Below, piece after piece: positions 1 through 9,735 of a stretch of DNA of 41,891 nt (position 1 is the first letter of the stretch; each line of letters begins with the position of its first letter). This stretch comes from Prevotella sp. (GTDB lineage Bacteria; Bacteroidota; Bacteroidia; Bacteroidales; Dysgonomonadaceae). The DNA lies in contig JAITVV010000085.1 of the NCBI GenBank assembly GCA_031285625.1, positions 1 to 41,891 on the forward strand, read 5' to 3'. A program made the position numbers and the translations under genes. The notes under the pieces were generated by a model. That model was not told where the DNA came from, made no database searches, and worked only from the letters and a program-made list of their open reading frames with translations.

Positions 1-1
1 T

Positions 2-118
2 TTGGCTTTCGAACTGTTGAATAACTGTGGTGGTCCGGACAGACAAGGTTATATCGGACTGCAAGATCATGGAGATGATGTGTGGTTCCGTAATATAAAG
101 GTGAAAATCCTAGACTAA
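2..118 (+). CDS. DUF1080 / 3-keto-disaccharide hydrolase family protein, C-terminal end only (BT2157-like)
   Basis: Manual translation of frame 2: LAFELLNNCGGPDRQGYIGLQDHGDDVWFRNIKVKILD*. The GYIGLQDHG...WFRNIK ending is the DUF1080 signature. Confidence 0.88.
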   Translation: MAFELLNNCGGPDRQGYIGLQDHGDDVWFRNIKVKILD

Positions 119-154
119 ATTTCTCAGATTTTTTTCTATTTAACTTCGGTTAGT

Positions 155-195
155 ACTCCATTGGGGAGTTCATAAACTCTCCAATGGAGTTTTTT
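155..195 (+). terminator. Stem-loop with T tract between the DUF1080 and TIM-barrel genes
   Basis: ACTCCATTGGGGAGTT / AACTCTCCAATGGAGT inverted repeat followed by TTTTT. Confidence 0.65.
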
Positions 196-220
196 AATAT
201 TACAATTAGCAATAAATATC

Positions 221-1132
221 ATGAAAAATAGATTTTACCTGTTAGTATTATTGGTTTCATTCATAATCGTACCGCAAATACTTCTAGCACAAAAGAAAGT
301 GAATAAGAAAAAAGATATAGCAATTCAGTTATATTCGGTAAGGGATCGTATTGGCAGTTACGTAGGTCAAACCGGAGGCTATCAAAATGATTATACTACA
401 ATTTTAAAAGAACTCGCTCAAATGGGATATACTGCTGTGGAAGCAGCAGGCTATAACGAAGGTAAATTTTATAACCGTACACCGGAAGAATTTAAAAAAG
501 ACGTAGAATCTGCCGGTCTGAAAGTATTATCCTCACATTGTACCAAACCGTTGACAGATGAAGAATTGGCATCAGGCGATTTTACCGAATCATTAAAATG
601 GTGGGATATTGCTATCGCAGCACATAAGGCAGCCGGAATGACTTATATTGTTACATCATGGCTTGATGTTCCAAAAACACTAAAAGATCTTAAAACTTAC
701 TGTGATTATTATAACGAGATCGGTAAGCGTTGCAAAACAAATGGATTGAAATATGGCTATCATAACCATGCACATGAGTTTCAGAAAGTAGAAGATCAGG
801 TAATGATGGATTATATGATTGAAAATACTGATCCTGAGTACGTATTTATCGAAATGGATGTTTACTGGGTAGTTATAGGTAAAAATAGTCCAGTGGATTA
901 TTTCAACAAATATCCTGGAAGATTTACTGTATTGCACATTAAAGATCATCGCGAAATAGGACAAAGCGGTATGGTAGGTTTTGATGCTATTTTCAAAAAT
1001 GCAGAAACTGCAGGTGTAAAAAATATTGTGGTGGAAGTTGAAAAATATAGCACTACAATTGAAGAAAGTATTAAAACCAGTATAGATTATTTACTGAATG
1101 CTTCTTTTGTAAAGGCAAGCTACAGTAAATAA
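221..1132 (+). CDS. Secreted sugar-phosphate isomerase/epimerase-like TIM barrel (AP_endonuc_2; BT2156-like)
   Basis: Signal peptide; IAIQLYSVRD, YHNHAHEF, EMDVYW, LHIKD and VEVE metal motifs. Confidence 0.88.
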   Translation: MKNRFYLLVLLVSFIIVPQILLAQKKVNKKKDIAIQLYSVRDRIGSYVGQTGGYQNDYTTILKELAQMGYTAVEAAGYNEGKFYNRTPEEFKKDVESAGLKVLSSHCTKPLTDEELASGDFTESLKWWDIAIAAHKAAGMTYIVTSWLDVPKTLKDLKTYCDYYNEIGKRCKTNGLKYGYHNHAHEFQKVEDQVMMDYMIENTDPEYVFIEMDVYWVVIGKNSPVDYFNKYPGRFTVLHIKDHREIGQSGMVGFDAIFKNAETAGVKNIVVEVEKYSTTIEESIKTSIDYLLNASFVKASYSK

Positions 1133-1163
1133 TCTGAAAAGGTTAATATAAACTTATCAGATA

Positions 1164-2552
1164 ATGAATAAAGTAATAGCCATTATACTACTAATATTGA
1201 ATATTTTGTTGTTAAGTTCCTGTAATAAAGAGAAAAACAGCGAATTATTTAATGGTAGTAATATGAACAATTGGCAAACATCGGGGGAAGTATTTCTTAA
1301 GGATAGTATCTTGATATTGTCTGGTACTAAATCGGAGGCTGTTCTTAAGAATAACTCGTATAAAGACTTTGAGCTAAGGTTGCAGATGCGTACTGTAAGG
1401 AATGGCAAGGGCTTTATAGCTTTCCATACTGATGATACAGGGAAAGGTTACCGTGTAGCTATTAACAATGATGAGAGCGAAACCGCCTGGTGGAGAATGA
1501 CTGGTAGCTTGTTAATGGTACGAAACCTTACTAAAAGTCTTGTGAAGGATGGTGAATGGTTTGATATGGTCATTCGTGTTGAGGGGCAGTCAATCACGGT
1601 TAAAATTAATGATATACTCGTAGTGGAATATATAGAGCCCGCAAATCCTTTACGCAAATCCCCATTTGAGAAATACTTACTATCAGAAGGAACAATAATG
1701 TTGATAAATCAGGGAGAAGGAAATATTGAATTTAAAGATATTTCTATTGAAACTATAGACCGGGAAGATATTAATATTCCTGCGCAACTGGCAATTGCTA
1801 AAGATGAGGATAAGGATGATATTATAAGATTACATCAGGATGACTTCCCTGTTCTTGATTACCATGTCCATTTGAAAGGGGGATTCTCTAAAGAGGCTGC
1901 AGCAAAACAGTCTCGGAAATATGGAATCAATTATGCCATAGCACCTAACTGTGGAATAGGTTTTCCAATCACTAATGATGAAGAAATATATAACTTTCTG
2001 GATAGTATGCGTAGCCAACCATTTATACTTGCTATGCAAGGAGAAGGGAGAGAATGGGTAACCACTTTTTCAAAGGTAGCACGAAATGAGTTTGATTTCG
2101 TATTTACTGATGCTTTAACATTTACTGATCATAAAAAACGACGGGTTCGTTTATGGGTTAATGAAGAAGTGATTATCGAGGATGAACAGCAATATATGGA
2201 GATGATTGTAGACAGAACCTGTGATGTGTTAACAGAACCAGCAAATGTATTTGTAAATCCATTTTTCTTACCTGAGCAGTTGAATGATAGGTATGATGAA
2301 TTATGGACAGACAGAAGGATTGATAAAGTAATCGAAGCTATTGAAAAAAGCGGAATGGCTTTGGAGATAAACGAGCTGTACAATATTCCAAGCAAGAAAA
2401 TTATATTGAAGGCAAAGAAGGCCGGAATTAAATTTACATTTGGTTCGAACAATATTAGTCCGGAGGTCGGAAAGCTAGAATATTCCATACGGATGAAAAA
2501 GGAATGTAATATAACCCAGCAGGATATGTATAAGCCTAAAGTTAAATTATAG
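1164..2552 (+). CDS. Lipoprotein with N-terminal DUF1080 domain and C-terminal PHP-like domain
   Basis: LSSC lipobox; LFNGSNMNNW, TGSL and IEFKDISI (DUF1080); DYHVHL and ALEINE...KFTFGSN (PHP-like). Confidence 0.78.
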   Translation: MNKVIAIILLILNILLLSSCNKEKNSELFNGSNMNNWQTSGEVFLKDSILILSGTKSEAVLKNNSYKDFELRLQMRTVRNGKGFIAFHTDDTGKGYRVAINNDESETAWWRMTGSLLMVRNLTKSLVKDGEWFDMVIRVEGQSITVKINDILVVEYIEPANPLRKSPFEKYLLSEGTIMLINQGEGNIEFKDISIETIDREDINIPAQLAIAKDEDKDDIIRLHQDDFPVLDYHVHLKGGFSKEAAAKQSRKYGINYAIAPNCGIGFPITNDEEIYNFLDSMRSQPFILAMQGEGREWVTTFSKVARNEFDFVFTDALTFTDHKKRRVRLWVNEEVIIEDEQQYMEMIVDRTCDVLTEPANVFVNPFFLPEQLNDRYDELWTDRRIDKVIEAIEKSGMALEINELYNIPSKKIILKAKKAGIKFTFGSNNISPEVGKLEYSIRMKKECNITQQDMYKPKVKL

Positions 2553-2584
2553 GTAATAGAGGTAAATAAGGTTATTTTGGTTGT

Positions 2585-2624
2585 AAGTCTCTGAGTCTAT
2601 TGTATAAAACTCAGGGACTTTTTT
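2585..2624 (+). terminator. Rho-independent terminator
   Basis: AAGTCTCTGAGT / ACTCAGGGACTT stem followed by a T run. Confidence 0.75.
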
Positions 2625-2735
2625 ATTAAGAATATTAAGCTTAAGTCGAGAAATAACTAAATATATACAAAATATAACAAAAGAATTTAACCATATTTGC
2701 AATAACTTTATGTTTTACAGATAGACAGGCTAATT

Positions 2736-3260
2736 ATGGTAATTAATAGAAGCGAAATTAAAATAAAACCTTTTCAGGACGAAGATATACTGTTGTTTTC
2801 CAAATGGTTGGATAAGGGATATATTTCCAAATGGTTATGCTCGGAAGGAAAAGATCAAAAAGCGGATTGGTTAGATGAAGTAAATGAAAGGAATGGGAGA
2901 TACAGTTTTCTAAAACATTTTATTGTTTACCATAACAATACTAAAATAGGATACTGTCTTTACGCTGATTGCTTTTTCCTGAAAGATTTGGAAGAAGAGG
3001 GACATGATTTTGAGGATTTGTATGGAGATATTGTAGAAAAAAATCATACATATGAAATTGGTTACTTAATCGGTGAGGAAATATATTTAAATAAAGGTAT
3101 TGGCAAAATAATAATTCAAATACTGGAAGAAAAAATCATTGAATTAGGTGGACATGAAATATCAGCAGACCCTTCAGAAGAAAATATTTTTTCAATAAAA
3201 GTATTATTAAGTAATGGTTTTAAGAAAAAAAAAGATGGTGATTATAGAAAAGTAATATGA
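2736..3260 (+). CDS. GNAT acetyltransferase (RimJ / AAC(6')-like fold)
   Basis: EIGYLIGE...NKGIGK acetyl-CoA motif A; DPSEENIFSIKVLLSNGF motif B. Confidence 0.8.
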   Translation: MVINRSEIKIKPFQDEDILLFSKWLDKGYISKWLCSEGKDQKADWLDEVNERNGRYSFLKHFIVYHNNTKIGYCLYADCFFLKDLEEEGHDFEDLYGDIVEKNHTYEIGYLIGEEIYLNKGIGKIIIQILEEKIIELGGHEISADPSEENIFSIKVLLSNGFKKKKDGDYRKVI

Positions 3261-3283
3261 TTGTTCAGAATCAATCGACCTTC

Positions 3284-3715
3284 TTATTCAATTCTATTTC
3301 CTTCCATATCTATAAAGAAAGTCTCCCCATTTAGTTTAACCTTTGCTTTGCCATCTTTGTTAAAATAGCGGGCGTCATCATATACAAATGGAATAACCTC
3401 TTTCCCAGTCTGATCCATAAAGCCACATTTACCCTCTATGCATACTGCGGCTAGTCCTGTTTTGGTAAATGACCAGGCAGGATTATAAATACATGGAATA
3501 ACCTGTTTTCCAGTTTTGTCCACATAACCCCACCAGCCGTTCAATCGGACTAATGCCAGTCCTACAGAAAATGCATGAGCATAGTCATATGTAAACGGTA
3601 CAACTTCTTCAGATGTTTCAGCATCTACAAATCCCCATTTACCGTTGTTTTCCATCGCCACTAATTTCCATGTGTCGGAAGTTGAAGGATTCTTTTTTGT
3701 TTGTTTTTTATCCAT
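3284..3715 (-). CDS. WG-repeat protein
   Basis: About three to four 35-aa repeats: GKWGFVD...VPFTYD; GWWGYVDKTGKQVIP; GKCGFMDQTGKEVIPFVYD. Confidence 0.85.
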   Translation of the reverse strand: MDKKQTKKNPSTSDTWKLVAMENNGKWGFVDAETSEEVVPFTYDYAHAFSVGLALVRLNGWWGYVDKTGKQVIPCIYNPAWSFTKTGLAAVCIEGKCGFMDQTGKEVIPFVYDDARYFNKDGKAKVKLNGETFFIDMEGNRIE

Positions 3716-3786
3716 TTCGATTCATTAAAGTGTAATTACAAAATAATATGGAAGTCTGCGAATTTAGCAAATGTTTGGAATATTTA

Positions 3787-4662
3787 TTAGCTTCCCCTAT
3801 ATTTCAAAGGGGTAACTCCTGCGTATTGTTTAAAAAAACGACCGAAAAAGGAAGGATTAGGAAAATTCAATTCTTCTGATATTTGCAGCACAGTCATATT
3901 CGATGATTTAAGCAACACTTTGGCATCAAGTATAACAGCTTCATTAATCCAGTAATTAATTGATTTTCCTGTTATTTTCTTTAAAGTTCTCGATAAATAT
4001 TGTATAGTCATACACATTTTATCAGCATAAAATAAGGCATTTCTTTCTTGCCTGTGGTATTGCATTAGTAGATCAGAAAATTCAGATACGATCTCCTCTC
4101 CTCGTGAATTTGCTTTAGTATTAATTCTAATCTCTTCTTCAACATAAAAAGAGCCAATCAAAGCTATTAAAGCACACAACAAGCTTTTAGCAACTTCTTT
4201 CCTGTAGATATGTTTTTCCTTATTACAAGCCTGAGCTATAAATGAATGGTATTCGATAAGCTCCTTCATGTTTTCGTCTGACACCTCAAGGCAGGGATGA
4301 TGTTTCATTTTATTGAAAACATCAAAATCTTTTGGTAAGGGTAGATTATTCATGAAATCGACTGAAAAGAATAAAACCTCGACGAAATAATCGTCCGATT
4401 TTTCCAATAATTCGACAATCCTATTAGGTAACACTGTAAATATAGTATTCGGTTTCAAAGCATATTCTTTAAGATCTATATTTAACCGGGATTCACCTTT
4501 CAGGCATATCCCGAACAACATGCCTTTAAGTAAGAACGGGTATTCATAAGATAAATAAGGCGCAGGAGATTCAGAGGTATTTGTTATTACATAACGATAA
4601 GAAGCCAACGTTTCTGATTCTGGGACTTCATCAAATGAAACTATAGATAATTTTTTCTCCAT
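3787..4662 (-). CDS. AraC-family transcriptional regulator
   Basis: C-terminal double HTH: FYADKMCMT...ISEELNFPNPSFFGRFFKQYAGVTP. Confidence 0.92.
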   Translation of the reverse strand: MEKKLSIVSFDEVPESETLASYRYVITNTSESPAPYLSYEYPFLLKGMLFGICLKGESRLNIDLKEYALKPNTIFTVLPNRIVELLEKSDDYFVEVLFFSVDFMNNLPLPKDFDVFNKMKHHPCLEVSDENMKELIEYHSFIAQACNKEKHIYRKEVAKSLLCALIALIGSFYVEEEIRINTKANSRGEEIVSEFSDLLMQYHRQERNALFYADKMCMTIQYLSRTLKKITGKSINYWINEAVILDAKVLLKSSNMTVLQISEELNFPNPSFFGRFFKQYAGVTPLKYRGS

Positions 4663-4978
4663 AGACTAAGGTTTATTTCTCAAAAATAAATGAATAAGAT
4701 CTATTAATCAAGTGAAATAGTCATTAAAAAGTATACTATGATAAAATATGCGTTTATCTGTTTACTATAATTTCTTTATTATATAAGTAAAGCTTATTTT
4801 ATTATTAATATGGTATGATATCGGACATAATTGGAATTAATTAGGTATTAATCTTTTCACTTAATAATTCAACCTTTGTATAAAATAATAAGATATATTC
4901 ATTTGAAATACCCTAATTATCAATATAAAATACTTTTTATAAAATAAACTTATAATAAATAATAAAATATTAAGTATT

Positions 4979-5434
4979 ATGAACGACAAAGATATTCCTC
5001 AAGAATCCATGCCGATAATGGACATTCTTATGTGGCGTGTAATTAAGCTGTTTCTTAAGAATAAGAAGCAAATACTGGAAAGACTGAATCTTACATGTTC
5101 CCAGTTTGAGATACTTTCAGCCATACATTATCTACAAAAATTTAAATCCGGTATTATTCAAGCTGAACTATCTGAAAGAACAGGTATTGATCCCATGACT
5201 ACCTCTACCATTTTGCGTAATCTGGAGAAGAAAGGGTTTATAACGCGAAGCCGTAGTATTGTAAATACCCGAACAGTAGAAGTGATGCTCACTGCAAATG
5301 GAGTAGAATTGCTGGAAAAAGCATATCAGCAAATAAGATCGTCCAGCGAACTTATTTATAAGGATGTAAATAAGAAATATCTCGCATCGCAATTAGCAAA
5401 ATTATCTGATAAATTAAATAAACTAAATTATTAA
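4979..5434 (+). CDS. MarR-family transcriptional regulator
   Basis: LTCSQFEIL, QAELS...LRNLEKKGFITR...LTANG winged helix. Confidence 0.9.
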   Translation: MNDKDIPQESMPIMDILMWRVIKLFLKNKKQILERLNLTCSQFEILSAIHYLQKFKSGIIQAELSERTGIDPMTTSTILRNLEKKGFITRSRSIVNTRTVEVMLTANGVELLEKAYQQIRSSSELIYKDVNKKYLASQLAKLSDKLNKLNY

Positions 5435-5439
5435 AAACA

Positions 5440-6540
5440 ATGAAACTAGAGAAGATTGTATTAGGCGTAGTAGCTCTCATCGCATTCGTTTCATGTGGTA
5501 AGAAACAAGAAGCATCCCAGACAAGTGAGTTAATATATCCAACAATAGTATTGGATGAGCAAGATGCTGAGCTAAGAGCGATTTATCCCGTATCTATAAA
5601 AGGGCGGGAAGATATTGAGATTCGTCCACGCATTGATGGTTTTATAATGAACATTCATGTAGATGAGGGTTCGGTGGTAAAAAAAGGACAGATACTCTTC
5701 GAAGTCAATTCACCACAGGCCGAGCAATCCTTAACTTCTGCTCAGGCTGCATTGAAAAGCGCAGAAGCCCGTGTGAATACAGCTAAAGTAAATGTAAACA
5801 GAATAAAACCATTAGCTGAAAAAGGTATTGTAGGCAACGTACAGCTCGAAACTGCGGAAGACTCTTATCAATCGGCTTTAGCAGACTTGGAGCAAGCTAA
5901 AGCTACATTGAAAAATGCCCAGGCGACAATAGATTGGACAAAAGTAACGTCACCGGTTGACGGTCTTGTCGGACATATCCCTTACCGACAGGGAAGTTTG
6001 GTAAACTCTTCAAATGTACTAACAACTGTTGCAAATATAAGTAATGTATTTGCCTACTTTTCTTTAAATGAAAAGGATTTGCGAACGTTTATAAATAACC
6101 TTGAAGGTGACACACAAGCCGAAAAGATCAAAAATATACCAGAAGTAACGCTTACTCTTGCTGATGGAACTATTTATCCTGAAAAAGGGAAAGTAGAAAC
6201 TATTGCAGGAGTACTCAATGTGACTACAGGTTCAGCCAATTTTCGGGCAGAGTTTCCTAATAAACAAGGAGAACTAAGAAGTGGAACCAGCGGAAATGTT
6301 TCTATCCCACGTATGCTTAAAAATGTGTTTGTCATTCCTCAAAAGGCCACTTTTGCTCAACAGAACAAAACTATAATTTTTGTCGTTCAGGGTGATTCTG
6401 TAGTACAACGGATAATATCAGTTATTCCGATGCCTAATGGCCAAAATTATGCTGTAACAGAAGGCTTGAAAAAAGGAGAACGGGTAGTAACTGAAGGTAT
6501 AGTTACACTTGCTAACGGAAAGAAAATTCAGTATCAATAA
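5440..6540 (+). CDS. RND efflux periplasmic adaptor (membrane fusion lipoprotein)
   Basis: Lipobox VSC; EIRPRIDG, VDEGSVVKKGQ, SPVDG motifs; helical hairpin. Confidence 0.95.
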   Translation: MKLEKIVLGVVALIAFVSCGKKQEASQTSELIYPTIVLDEQDAELRAIYPVSIKGREDIEIRPRIDGFIMNIHVDEGSVVKKGQILFEVNSPQAEQSLTSAQAALKSAEARVNTAKVNVNRIKPLAEKGIVGNVQLETAEDSYQSALADLEQAKATLKNAQATIDWTKVTSPVDGLVGHIPYRQGSLVNSSNVLTTVANISNVFAYFSLNEKDLRTFINNLEGDTQAEKIKNIPEVTLTLADGTIYPEKGKVETIAGVLNVTTGSANFRAEFPNKQGELRSGTSGNVSIPRMLKNVFVIPQKATFAQQNKTIIFVVQGDSVVQRIISVIPMPNGQNYAVTEGLKKGERVVTEGIVTLANGKKIQYQ

Positions 6541-6560
6541 CTTTCATTAAATATATAACG

Positions 6561-9500
6561 ATGTTAAAAACATTTATAGACAGACCTGTCTTATCTACCG
6601 TAATATCAATTATTATAGTAGTATTAGGTATCATCGGAATTGCTACTTTGCCTATTGAGCAATACCCCGATATAGCACCTCCTACCGTGCAGATAGATGC
6701 GCAGTATCCGGGAGCTAATGCCGATGTGATAATGAATAGTGTGATTATTCCACTGGAAGAACAGATAAATGGGGTGGAAGGTATGACATATATGACCTCT
6801 ACTGCATCTAATACAGGCCAGGCCAGTATTTCTGTATTTTTCGAGAAAGGAATAAATCCTGATATAGCAGCTGTAAACGTACAAAATCTTGTAGCAAGAG
6901 CAACACCACAGCTTCCTGCCGAGGTAAACCAAATTGGTGTAGCAGTTCGTAAACAGCTAAGTAGCTATATCCTGATGATTTCACTTTCATCAGACAATCC
7001 TGATTATGATGGTGAATTTATTCAGAATTATGCTAATATCAATCTTATCCCTCAAATTAAACGTGTATACGGAGTAGGGGATGCTATGGTATTAGGCGCC
7101 CGCGATTATTCTATGCGGGTATGGCTAAAGCCTGATATTATGGCTTCTTATAAAATAAATCCATCAGAGGTTATTGCAGCATTACAAGACCAGAATATTG
7201 AAGCTGCTCCAGGCGAAATCGGACAAAACAGTGATCAGGCATTTCAATACACATTGAAATATACAGGCCGGCTGAAAACAGAACAGGAATTCGGAGATAT
7301 TGTTGTCCGTTCCCAAGAAGGGCATGTATTAAGATTGCGTGATGTTGCTGATGTTGAATTAGGTTCATTGTACTACAGTCTTATCAGTCGTACAAATGGT
7401 GACGAATCTGTATTTATGGCCATTAGCCAGACAGCAGGTTCTAATGCTCAGGAGCTTATTAATAACATCAAATCAGTTATCAATGAAGAGTCTAAATCTT
7501 TTCCTCCCGGATTGAAGGTAAACTACATGGTAGATATTAATGAGTTTCTTGATGCCTCTATGAATAAGCTTATGGCTACTTTTGTTGAAGCATTACTATT
7601 AGTATTTCTTGTCGTGTTCATTTTCCTGCAAGACTGGAAATCTACATTGATCCCAGCTATTGCAGTTCCGGTTGCTATTATTGGCACATTCTTTTTCCTA
7701 CAGTTACTCGGGTTCTCCATCAATATTCTTACACTATTCGCACTAGTACTCGCAATCGGTATTGTGGTCGATGATGCTATAATCGTAGTGGAGGCCGTTC
7801 ACGCCCAGATGGAAAATGGGGAAACAGATCCTAAGCAGGCTGCGCTGACTGCTATGAAAGAGATTGCTCCTGCTATTGTTGCTATCACATTGGTTATGTC
7901 TTCCGTATTTATTCCTGTCAGCTTCATTGGTGGAACCAGCGGTGTTTTCTTCAAGCAATTTGGATTGACACTAGCCATATCAATCCTTATTTCTGCAGTT
8001 AATGCTCTAACGCTTAGCCCTGCTCTCTGTGCTTTATTTTTAAAACCACATCATACAGATTCGGATAAAAAGAAAAACTTCTTGCAACGTTTCTTCTATT
8101 ATTTCAATATTGGATTCAGTGCAGGAACTAATAAGTATAAATCATCGTTACATTTCTTGGGAAAAAAGAATAATCGCTGGATAACAGTTGCTATTATTCT
8201 TATTTTTTCAGCAGTTTTGTTCGGATTGATGAAAAAGCTTCCTACCGGATTTGTGCCTTCAGAAGATAGTGGAAGTATGGTTGGCTTGATATCATTACCG
8301 CCGGGCTCTTCTATGGAGCGAACGGACTCTATAGTGCAAAAAGCATTAACAGTGATAAAAGACGTAGAAGAGATAGATCTCGTGACTGAAATCACAGGCG
8401 TAAACTTCCTTAGCGGCAGTGGTGGTATGGCTGGCTCATATAGTACACTAATGATAAAATTAAAGCATTGGAAAGAGCGTAAAACCTCTACTGCTGAAAT
8501 ATCTGCAGTTTTAACTGAAAAGATCAAAGGAATACAAGGGGCAACATTTATGTTTTTTGGTATGCCTACTCTACAGGGATTTGGTATGAGTACAGGGGTT
8601 GAATTGAAAATGCAGGATAGAACAGGCGGGGATATTCATAATTTTTATAATGTTACAAATGAATTTCTGGCTAAATTAAGCGAACGCGATGAGGTGATGA
8701 CAGCCATGACTACTTTTAATCCGAACTTTCCTCAAAGGCAGATTGACGCTAATATACCTAAAATAAAAGAGGCTGGTTTGACTCTTGGTGATATAATGAC
8801 AACCTTACAAGCCTATGTAGGTAGTATGTATGTATCTAATTTTAACTTGTTTGGAAAGCAATTCAGAGTGATGGTTCAGGCCCCGCCTCAATATAGAGAA
8901 AAACTGGAAGATATGGAGAGGATATTTGTACGTACACCATCCGGAGATATGGCACCCATTAGTGAATTCATTACTGTTACACCTGTTACAGGGCCTCAGT
9001 CTCTTACACGGTTCAATATGTTCCAGTCAATGGATGTAACTATTATACCTGACTTTACAGAAGGTTATAGTACAGGGGATGTTATTAATATAATTGGCGA
9101 AGTGTCTAAAGGTGTTTTACCTTCCGGTTATGGATACGAGTATTCGGGGATGACACGTGAAGAGACAGGACAAAGTTCGCAGGTCATCATCATTTTTGCA
9201 ATCTGTTTGATATTTGTATATCTCTTATTATCTGCATTATATGAGAGCTATATTCTGCCATTATCTGTTTTGTTCTCTCTTCCTGTAGGATTAGCCGGAG
9301 TATTTGTCTTCCTGATGATCTTTGGTGTACATAAAGGAATTGTGAATAATATATATGTACAGATATCTCTTATAATGTTAATTGGATTGTTGGCTAAAAA
9401 TGCCATACTTATTGTAGAATATGCTATTCAACGTCGCCAGCAGGGACAAAGTATAATAGAAGCTGCAGTCAATGGAGCAGTGGCCCGTCTTCGTCCTATA

Positions 9501-9716
9501 TTGATGACATCTTTTGCATTCATCTGCGGGCTTTTACCTTTGATGTTTGCAAGTGGTGCAGGAGCCACAGGTAATCAGTCAATTGGTATTAGTGCTGTGG
9601 GAGGTATGCTTATTGGTACTATGATAGGGATCTTAGTGATACCAACACTGTATATCATATTTCAGAGTTTGCAAGAGTGTCTTAGTGGTAAAGATCCGAG
9701 GTCAGGGATTGAATAA
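6561..9716 (+). CDS. RND efflux permease (HAE1 / AcrB family)
   Basis: 1051 aa; LPIEQYPDIAPP, GIVVDDAIIVVE, GLLAKNAILIVE, RLRPILMTS. Confidence 0.97.
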   Translation: MLKTFIDRPVLSTVISIIIVVLGIIGIATLPIEQYPDIAPPTVQIDAQYPGANADVIMNSVIIPLEEQINGVEGMTYMTSTASNTGQASISVFFEKGINPDIAAVNVQNLVARATPQLPAEVNQIGVAVRKQLSSYILMISLSSDNPDYDGEFIQNYANINLIPQIKRVYGVGDAMVLGARDYSMRVWLKPDIMASYKINPSEVIAALQDQNIEAAPGEIGQNSDQAFQYTLKYTGRLKTEQEFGDIVVRSQEGHVLRLRDVADVELGSLYYSLISRTNGDESVFMAISQTAGSNAQELINNIKSVINEESKSFPPGLKVNYMVDINEFLDASMNKLMATFVEALLLVFLVVFIFLQDWKSTLIPAIAVPVAIIGTFFFLQLLGFSINILTLFALVLAIGIVVDDAIIVVEAVHAQMENGETDPKQAALTAMKEIAPAIVAITLVMSSVFIPVSFIGGTSGVFFKQFGLTLAISILISAVNALTLSPALCALFLKPHHTDSDKKKNFLQRFFYYFNIGFSAGTNKYKSSLHFLGKKNNRWITVAIILIFSAVLFGLMKKLPTGFVPSEDSGSMVGLISLPPGSSMERTDSIVQKALTVIKDVEEIDLVTEITGVNFLSGSGGMAGSYSTLMIKLKHWKERKTSTAEISAVLTEKIKGIQGATFMFFGMPTLQGFGMSTGVELKMQDRTGGDIHNFYNVTNEFLAKLSERDEVMTAMTTFNPNFPQRQIDANIPKIKEAGLTLGDIMTTLQAYVGSMYVSNFNLFGKQFRVMVQAPPQYREKLEDMERIFVRTPSGDMAPISEFITVTPVTGPQSLTRFNMFQSMDVTIIPDFTEGYSTGDVINIIGEVSKGVLPSGYGYEYSGMTREETGQSSQVIIIFAICLIFVYLLLSALYESYILPLSVLFSLPVGLAGVFVFLMIFGVHKGIVNNIYVQISLIMLIGLLAKNAILIVEYAIQRRQQGQSIIEAAVNGAVARLRPILMTSFAFICGLLPLMFASGAGATGNQSIGISAVGGMLIGTMIGILVIPTLYIIFQSLQECLSGKDPRSGIE

Positions 9717-9735
9717 TCAAAATTAATAAAAAGTC

